NCBI GenBank assembly: GCA_049514105.1
Contig: JBEKVJ010000002.1
Location: 5,727 to 69,726, forward strand
Origin: Acidimicrobiales bacterium
GTDB lineage: Bacteria > Actinomycetota > Acidimicrobiia > Acidimicrobiales > Bog-793
Direction of reading: 5' to 3'
Length of the DNA: 64,000 nucleotides
The position numbers were made by a program, and so were the translations under genes. Each line of letters opens with the position of its first letter. Positions within the stretch are counted from its first letter, which is position 1. Of the stretch, positions 58,701-64,000 are shown piece after piece. A model generated the notes under the pieces. The model was not told where the DNA came from and searched no databases. It was given only the letters and a program-made list of their open reading frames with translations.

Positions 58701-60120
58701 CTCTTCTTCAGGAACCCTGTCTGCGCCCTCGAACTTGCCGAAGGGGACCTACAAGGCAACGGGCGATGATTCCGACAGCCTCGGTGACACCGGGACCTGG
58801 AGCTTCTCGCTAACTGTCACCTCTGCCTCGATCCGACAACTCGGCCTTAGGGCTCAGTCCACGCCCGCCGGCACGGCGTTCCGGGGCCAGCTCAAAGTCA
58901 CCGGGTCGCACGGAACTGTCACCTACAGCCAGTCGACCGGCGCGCCACACATCAAGGTCTCGTCCTCTGGTGTCATCTCGGCCGCGGCCAACCTGCCCAC
59001 GGGTGTCTACAGGGCAACTGGTGCGGCGCGGGACTCAGAAGACGACTCGGGCGTGTGGACCTTCACCTTGACGGTCACCGCCAGAAAGCTCACCCAGCTC
59101 GCTCCCTCCACTGACACCACGACCGTGGGCAAAGCCTTCAGCGACCAGCTGAAGCTCTCGGGGTCCCACGGCCGGGTCACCTACAGCCAGTCGAGTGGCG
59201 CCCCCCAGCTCAAGGTGTCGTCATCCGGCGCCATCTCGGCCCCGGCCACGCTCGCAGCAGGGACCTATAAGGCGACCGGAAGTGCCCGAGACTCCTTCGG
59301 TGACTCGGGCAGCTGGAGCTTTACGCTCAAGGTCGACGGGAACCAGCTTCTGCAGCTCGCCCCGAACGCCGGAACGACCAAGGGCGGCAAGGCCTTCCGG
59401 GCTCAGCTCAAGGTCTCCGGAGCACATGGCGCGCTGCGCTACAGCCAGTTGCGCGGTGCCCCCCGGGTGGTTGTCTCGCCCTCTGGAGTTCTTACGGCCC
59501 CGGCAACGCTTCGTGGTGGGGTCTACAAGGCCTCAGGTCAGGTCGAGGACGGTCTCGGAGATCTCGGGACGTGGGTGTTCACCCTCACAGTGGCGGGAAA
59601 GAAGCTGACCCAGGTCGCGCCTCTCGTCGCGTCGACGGGCCCCGGCACGGCCTTCTCCGCCAAGCTGAAGGTCTCCGGCGCACATGGCAAAGTGATCTAC
59701 AAGCAGTTGAAAGGCGCGCCCCGTCTGAAGGTCTCAGCCTCAGGCGCCATCTCGGCTGGGGCCAAACTGCCGGCAGGCACCTACAAGGCGAGCGGCACCG
59801 ATACCGATTCGTCCGGTGACACGGGGACGTGGAGTTTCACCTTGAAGGTGACATCTGCTCAGATCAAGCAGATCGCTCCGACAGCGGGCAGAAGCACGAG
59901 CGGTAGAGCCTTCACTGCCCAGCTGAAGGTCTCCGGAGCCCAGGCGGGCGTTACCTTCACGCTGTCGACGGGTCAGCGCGACTTCACGGTCTCGCCCTCG
60001 GGCCTGCTTTCGGCTCCGGGGAGTTTGGTGCCCGGCACATACACCGCAACCGGCACCGCGAGGGACACTGCAGGGGCAACATGCAGCTGGACCTTCACCC
60101 TGTTCGTTGCAGCCGCGTGA
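55786..60120 (+). CDS. Large exported protein of 16 tandem ~85-95 aa Ig/cadherin-like repeats
   Basis: GGGAGG SD then GTG; signal peptide ending AGA; 16 copies of 'VSSSG...L..GTY...G.D.D..G..G.W.(F/Y).L.V'. Confidence 0.85.
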   Translation: MKLSRKLASTLHVASIFALGAVLVPLLATAAGAQTISQTGDETGTTTVALSSSFSFQIETAGGDGQPLVFTASGPSSPAGLFVSSGGVISSGDTTLDTGTYTLTGSVDDDVPADTGPWTYALTVSATTLNQTSATSGSTTPAASSTFSANLTASGGTGVVTFSASGASTPPGLSVSDGVVSSGGATLNSDSYSITGTDSDIYGDDGSWTYTLTVAIAQTSPFSGTVAAGSPFNGQLNSDGGVGTVSYSQVSGSDDITVSSSGAIFASDTLPAGTYIASGTDSDTDVPANTGTWTYTLTVAIAQTSPFSGTVAAGSPFNGQLNSDGGAGTVSYSQESGSDDITVSSSGAIFASDTLPAGTYIASGTDSDTDVPANTGTWTFTLTVNIAQASPLSGSTTPDASGMFTDQLKTNGTTAQVRFLASGPSSPPGLTVTIGGDVQTTGTLSLGTYTLHGTDSDVAGDVGTWTYALAVASTTIEQNPQTGSTTTTGSPTFTDQLVTSGGVTGSVDFTTTASSGPPGVSVSETGAVSTTGQLAVGVYTASGTDSDGLSYGDTGHWSYTLDVTGVTIEQGSPTGNGPMVTPAGSAGWTDELDTSGGIEGVTFVVTSIPTSTALAVSSSGAVSTTGQLAVGSYSISGTDADAYGDIGTWNYTLIVSPATLVQSAPQTNSVAPSASASFKTQLNTQNNVGALSFVTFSTSGPTGATTGIVVSSSGVVSATGTLELGTYRASGSDTDAYGDTGAWSFTLTVSASAITQLGPFANSKVLTPATSSSFTDQLKTTTSKVTFTVTASSPTGLVVSASGRVSTKGALAAGTYTVSGTDSDGLGDHGSWGFSATVTPTKITQAAPASAKTSTGKVFAGQLKVSDSYGTVTFAQTSGKPYLTVSSKGVVSAVGDLRAGTYRATGSASDNYRDDRGNWTFSLTVTATKITQAIPTTAATTTGKTFSTRLKLSGSHGTVTFAQVSGAPHLKISSSGTLSAPSNLPKGTYKATGDDSDSLGDTGTWSFSLTVTSASIRQLGLRAQSTPAGTAFRGQLKVTGSHGTVTYSQSTGAPHIKVSSSGVISAAANLPTGVYRATGAARDSEDDSGVWTFTLTVTARKLTQLAPSTDTTTVGKAFSDQLKLSGSHGRVTYSQSSGAPQLKVSSSGAISAPATLAAGTYKATGSARDSFGDSGSWSFTLKVDGNQLLQLAPNAGTTKGGKAFRAQLKVSGAHGALRYSQLRGAPRVVVSPSGVLTAPATLRGGVYKASGQVEDGLGDLGTWVFTLTVAGKKLTQVAPLVASTGPGTAFSAKLKVSGAHGKVIYKQLKGAPRLKVSASGAISAGAKLPAGTYKASGTDTDSSGDTGTWSFTLKVTSAQIKQIAPTAGRSTSGRAFTAQLKVSGAQAGVTFTLSTGQRDFTVSPSGLLSAPGSLVPGTYTATGTARDTAGATCSWTFTLFVAAA
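56407..56921 (+). repeat. Near-identical 255-bp in-frame tandem duplication
   Basis: Units start at 56407 and 56662; five substitutions seen by eye. Confidence 0.92.
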
Positions 60121-60246
60121 GCTCGCCCGCAGGCGAAACCAGCTCCATGATCTCCTGGCGGCTCAGCAACAAGCGCTGAGCTGCCCATCTCTGGATAAGC
60201 CTGCTCCGCGGAGCTCGGGTCCAGTTCAGTTGGCATAGTCAATCTA

Positions 60247-60280
60247 TTGACATCGTCTCTTTTATGAGAGACTATGTCAA
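60247..60280. promoter_or_regulatory. TetR-type operator palindrome
   Basis: TTGACATcGTCTCT-tttatg-AGAGACtATGTCAA ending 3 nt before the MFS GTG; contains TTGACA; further half-site TTGGCATAGTC at 60230-60240. Confidence 0.75.
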
Positions 60281-60283
60281 ATA

Positions 60284-61897
60284 GTGGAAACAACCAATCA
60301 GGCTCGTAACGCTCCCGCAGGAGCAGGTCGCTGGTGGGCGATGGTGGCGCTCTCGGTCTCCGTGCTCGTCGTCGGGATCGACCTGACCGTGCTGAACGTG
60401 GCATTGCCCACATTGGCAAGATCCCTGCATGCCTCGACCAGCCAGCTGCAGTGGTTCGTGGACTCCTACAGCCTGGTTCTCGCCGGCCTGCTCCTCCCCG
60501 CAGGACTTCTCGCCGACCGCTTCGGACGAAAGCGCCTCCTCATGATCGCCCTGACGGTGTTCGGGGCGAGCTCTGCCGGCTGCGCCTACTCCGGCTCGCC
60601 CATTGCGCTCATCGCCATCCGTGCCGTCCTCGGTGGAGGCGCGGCCGTCATAATGACCGTCTCGCTCTCGTTGTTGGCGGTGTTGTTCCCTGACGACCAA
60701 GAGCGCCAAAAGGCGACCGCGATCATGATGGGTTGCACCCTGCTCGGCTATCCGCTCGGTCCCCTGCTCGGCGGATGGCTCCTCGACCATTTCTGGTGGG
60801 GATCGGTCTTCCTCATCAGCGCGCCCGTTGCGGCCGTGGCCATGGGGGCGCTTGCCTTCTTGATGCCCGAGTCGCGCGGCACGGCCCCTGCAAGGCTCGA
60901 CGGCCTCGGCGTGCTGTTGTCGAGCCTGGGACTCGTCGCGGTCACCTACGGCGTGATCCAAGCAGGCGAGGACGGCTGGTCGAGCTCGCGTGCGGTCATT
61001 GCCCTCGTGTGCGGTGCGCTCGGGCTCGCCGGCTTTGTCACCTGGGAACAGCGACTCGGTAGCCGCCACAAAGAACCGCTGATCGACCTCGGCCTGTTTC
61101 GTTCCGCCCGGTTCAGTTGGGCGACGGTGCTCGCGACGATGGTCACATTTGCCACCTTTGGGTTGCTGTTCGCGATGCCCCAGTACTTCCAGGCCGTCAT
61201 GGGTGAAAACCCGCTCGGAAGCGGCGTCCGTCTCCTTCCCTTGATCGGGGGCCTTGTCATCGGCGGAGCCTTGTCCACGCGGTTGCAGAGCGGCCACGCC
61301 AGAGCCGACCTGTCGGCCGGCCCGGGTTCCGTACCTCGGCTGGCGTCAAATCGCCTCGTGGCCATCGGTTTCGCCGTGCTCGCGACAGGCCTGTTCCTCG
61401 GGGCGAGGACCAATTTGGACAGCGGCACGGGATGGGCCGCGCTCTGGTTCGTCGTCTGCGGCTTCGGGCTCGGCTTCTCGCTTCCGGCGACGATGAACGC
61501 GGCCCTCGGAGCACTTTCTCCCGAGCGCGCCGGTATCGGCTCCGGCCTGATCATGGCCTGCCGCCAGGTCGGGGGCACGATCGGGGTCGCCCTTTTGGGA
61601 AACGTCCTTGACTCGCAGTACCGCGGCCATGTCCAGGTCGCGCATCTGAGCACCCAAGCCGCCGGGCTCGTACGCCAAGGCGTGGCCACTGGGATGGCCG
61701 TCGCCACCGAGCTCAAAGACGTGGCGCTCGCCCGCTCGGTCCGGTCCGCTTTTGTCACCTCGCTCGATGTCATGCTGTGGTTGTGCGGTGCGATTGCGCT
61801 CGGAGCGATGGTGTTAGCTCTTGTCTTCCTGCCAGGCCGCCACGCCCCGACACAGATGCCCGTGGCCGTGATGGCAGGCGCGAAGCCTGATGTCTGA
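60284..61897 (+). CDS. DHA2 (EmrB/QacA) MFS efflux pump
   Basis: 'DLTVLNVALP', 'LQWFVDSY', 'GLLADRFGRKR', 'GPLLGG', 14-TM pattern. Confidence 0.93.
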   Translation: METTNQARNAPAGAGRWWAMVALSVSVLVVGIDLTVLNVALPTLARSLHASTSQLQWFVDSYSLVLAGLLLPAGLLADRFGRKRLLMIALTVFGASSAGCAYSGSPIALIAIRAVLGGGAAVIMTVSLSLLAVLFPDDQERQKATAIMMGCTLLGYPLGPLLGGWLLDHFWWGSVFLISAPVAAVAMGALAFLMPESRGTAPARLDGLGVLLSSLGLVAVTYGVIQAGEDGWSSSRAVIALVCGALGLAGFVTWEQRLGSRHKEPLIDLGLFRSARFSWATVLATMVTFATFGLLFAMPQYFQAVMGENPLGSGVRLLPLIGGLVIGGALSTRLQSGHARADLSAGPGSVPRLASNRLVAIGFAVLATGLFLGARTNLDSGTGWAALWFVVCGFGLGFSLPATMNAALGALSPERAGIGSGLIMACRQVGGTIGVALLGNVLDSQYRGHVQVAHLSTQAAGLVRQGVATGMAVATELKDVALARSVRSAFVTSLDVMLWLCGAIALGAMVLALVFLPGRHAPTQMPVAVMAGAKPDV

Positions 61898-62468
61898 TCT
61901 GCCGACAGGCTTGAGGGAGCGCAAGAAGGCCAAGACCCGCCTTGCGATAAGAGAGCACGCCATGGAGCTGTTCTCGAAGCAGGGCTACGACGAGACGACA
62001 GTCGAACAGATCGCCGCCGCGGCTGAGGTCTCCCCGAGTACGTTCTTCCGCTACTTCCCCTCCAAAGAGGAGGTCGTCCTCCAAGACGACTATGACGCTT
62101 TGTTGCTGGCGGCTTTCCACGCCCAAAAGCCCGACGTGGCACCCCTCGAGGCGCTGCGCAACGCCATCACAGAGGTGTTCTCGACCCTGCCAGAGAGCCA
62201 ACGCGCCCAGGAGGCCGAACGGACGCGGCTTTTGACCAAGGTGCCAGAACTTCGGGCGCGCATGCTCGCCCAGGGCGCGGAGATGATCCAGATGCTGGCC
62301 GAAGCCGTAGCCGAGCGCGTGGGCCGCCAGGCTGACGAGTTCGAGGTGCGGACATTCGCAGGTGCGCTCATCGGTGTCGCCCTCGCCGTGGCCGAGGCCG
62401 GCAGTGGCGACTACCTCGAGCAATTCAACCGCGCCCTTGTGCTCCTCGAGGCCGGCTTGCCCCTCTGA
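61890..62468 (+). CDS. TetR family regulator
   Basis: 'GLRERKKAKTR', 'TTVEQIAAAAEVSPSTFFRYFPSKE'. Confidence 0.95.
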   Translation: MSDLPTGLRERKKAKTRLAIREHAMELFSKQGYDETTVEQIAAAAEVSPSTFFRYFPSKEEVVLQDDYDALLLAAFHAQKPDVAPLEALRNAITEVFSTLPESQRAQEAERTRLLTKVPELRARMLAQGAEMIQMLAEAVAERVGRQADEFEVRTFAGALIGVALAVAEAGSGDYLEQFNRALVLLEAGLPL

Positions 62469-62506
62469 TGGCGGCCACCGCGCCGATCGCCCCCGGGGGC
62501 GTTGGG

Positions 62507-64000
62507 TCAGCGCTTGGCTTTGCCGGCCACCTTGTCGTAGACGACCCCGACAAACGGTGGGCTCGAGGTCTCATGTGAGTAGTCGGCTGTGAAGTGCTTG
62601 CCGAGGTGGGCGAAGGTGCCTTTGAAGACCCCACCGGAGAGCAAAACAAGCGGGAAGTCGGTGTTCGTCGATGCATGTCCGACGAGGAAGGGAAGGAGGC
62701 TTCCGCCGGCGATGAACTTGCCCGCACCGTTACAGCATGGGGAGACGACTTGGAACTGGCCGAGCCTCTTCGGGCTCGAGATCTCCGGGATGATCGTCCC
62801 GTCGGGCTTGTTCGTGAACACGGCGCCCGACTCTAGGAGGTAAAGAGCGCCCAAGCCGACCTTGACCGTCCCATCGTTGGTCGCGGCCGCCGGTGCATTG
62901 TCCTCGAACTCGCCGCTCGTAACGCTCAGCGTGCCGGAGTGCTTGTTGGCGAGCCCTGCCTCGTACTGGACGGGCCAGGAGGGATCTTTTACCTCAGCGA
63001 GGATGGTGCCCTTGTTCACCAGCGCTCCGTTGTTGAGGACCGCCGGGCCTCCGGTCTTCGATCCCGAACCCTGCGCCTCGAGCACGATCGTGCCGTCGTT
63101 GACGACGGTGCTCGAGTCCAGGCCCAAAGTGGTGCCGTTGTAGTTGTCCCCTCTGTAGTTGTAGGACTCCCCTACAACCGTGATCTTCTGGCCCGCCGGG
63201 ATCGTGCCTTTTACCTGGGCGGAGATCGAGTCCACTAAGAATTTGGCGGCGCCGGAGCTGTCGAGCAGTATCGCCCCGCCTCCGAGCACGATCTCGTTGC
63301 CCTTGATCGGGCCTCCGGCCTGGGTCCAGGTGACTGCTCCTGCGGTCTGGTTCGCCGTGATCGACCCGTCGTTGACAAGGGCCCCGAAGTTGGCGAAGCT
63401 CGCCGGCCCCCCGAAATTGACCTGCAGGGGGATAAGCGACATCGACGCCGCGACGCCGACGGTGAAGCTGCCGTAGTTGGTGATGTTGTCTTCTTCGAGC
63501 TCACCCGAAAGGTCGCTCACTTTCGCGTGCGCTTCGTTCACCAGACCGCTCTCAAATTCGGTCAGATTGGCGAGCTTGTCGCTCGGGGCCTGGGTCTCGG
63601 TCTCGACCGTGCCGTAGTTGAGGAATTGGCCCCCCATGACCCCGGCGTAGCCGCCCGGAGGGGTGCCCTGAGGCGGCGGTGTACCGCCGCTGGTCGAGTC
63701 GAGGACGAGGTTGCCCTGTTGGGTGATCGTGCTCGTCTGGACGACGCTCAGGGTCACATTGGTCACCTGCTCGTTGCTGTTCGAGGTGCTCCCCTGCCCG
63801 ACGATGTCGAGGGTCTCGGTCCCGCCCCCGCCGGCGGCGCCGAGAGTGAGGGCGCCGATGCCTGCGCCGCTGTTGTTCGGATCGGCGGTGCCGATGCTCC
63901 AAGGAGCGAGCGTCACGGTGTATGTGCCAGGCAGCGTGATGCAGACCGAATCGTCGCCACCGGGGATCTGTCCCGTGCTCCAGTTGGAAGGCACGCCCCA
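62507..64000 (-). CDS. Partial (5'-truncated) exported G/N/T-rich protein, beta-helix/adhesin passenger-like
   Basis: 'SNWSTGQIP..DDSV.I', repeated 'N.G' turns; ORF runs off the window end. Confidence 0.7.
   Translation of the reverse strand, partial: WGVPSNWSTGQIPGGDDSVCITLPGTYTVTLAPWSIGTADPNNSGAGIGALTLGAAGGGGTETLDIVGQGSTSNSNEQVTNVTLSVVQTSTITQQGNLVLDSTSGGTPPPQGTPPGGYAGVMGGQFLNYGTVETETQAPSDKLANLTEFESGLVNEAHAKVSDLSGELEEDNITNYGSFTVGVAASMSLIPLQVNFGGPASFANFGALVNDGSITANQTAGAVTWTQAGGPIKGNEIVLGGGAILLDSSGAAKFLVDSISAQVKGTIPAGQKITVVGESYNYRGDNYNGTTLGLDSSTVVNDGTIVLEAQGSGSKTGGPAVLNNGALVNKGTILAEVKDPSWPVQYEAGLANKHSGTLSVTSGEFEDNAPAAATNDGTVKVGLGALYLLESGAVFTNKPDGTIIPEISSPKRLGQFQVVSPCCNGAGKFIAGGSLLPFLVGHASTNTDFPLVLLSGGVFKGTFAHLGKHFTADYSHETSSPPFVGVVYDKVAGKAKR

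Noticed and set aside
5537-62142. Many long antisense or alternate-frame ORFs (e.g. 5537-6577, 17871-18863, 27373-28440, 45227-46222, 60946-62142)
   Set aside because: Shadows of well-supported genes, expected in high-GC DNA; Arg/Pro/Gly-rich with no motifs.

Overview
High-GC actinobacterial chromosome segment; gene content and style suggest Acidimicrobiia or a related deep-branching lineage (inference). It contains: (i) a sugar ABC transporter plus aldo-keto reductase with visibly more AT-rich codon usage (0.2-4.7 kb); (ii) housekeeping and salvage genes (MarR/ABC exporter, trpB2, PRTase, upp, flavin disulfide oxidoreductase, Rieske/MBL protein, proteasome activator bpa, UvrD-like helicase); (iii) three GGDEF-EAL proteins; (iv) a PspC / histidine kinase / LuxR envelope-stress module followed by tryptophanase; (v) a ~9 kb accessory block of exported proteins around an ECF sigma/anti-sigma pair and a GntR gene, including a pseudogene; (vi) a LexA-box-preceded radical SAM + tag pair; (vii) a nucleoside catabolism cluster (cdd, deoA, add, phosphomutase, punA, split ALDH16-like pair, deoC) and arcA; (viii) a 16-repeat Ig-like exported protein, a TetR/DHA2 efflux pair and a partial exported protein. 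No tRNA, rRNA, CRISPR array or transposase was recognised. The most striking unannotated element is an 8-codon ORF (MVRDFSWG, 22911-22937) with a near-perfect Shine-Dalgarno site and a structured RNA leader, directly downstream of a membrane-sensor GAF-GGDEF-EAL gene: a candidate micropeptide signal for c-di-GMP control, or alternatively a leader peptide for the downstream MFS gene. All calls were made by eye from the sequence and ORF track; no database search was run.
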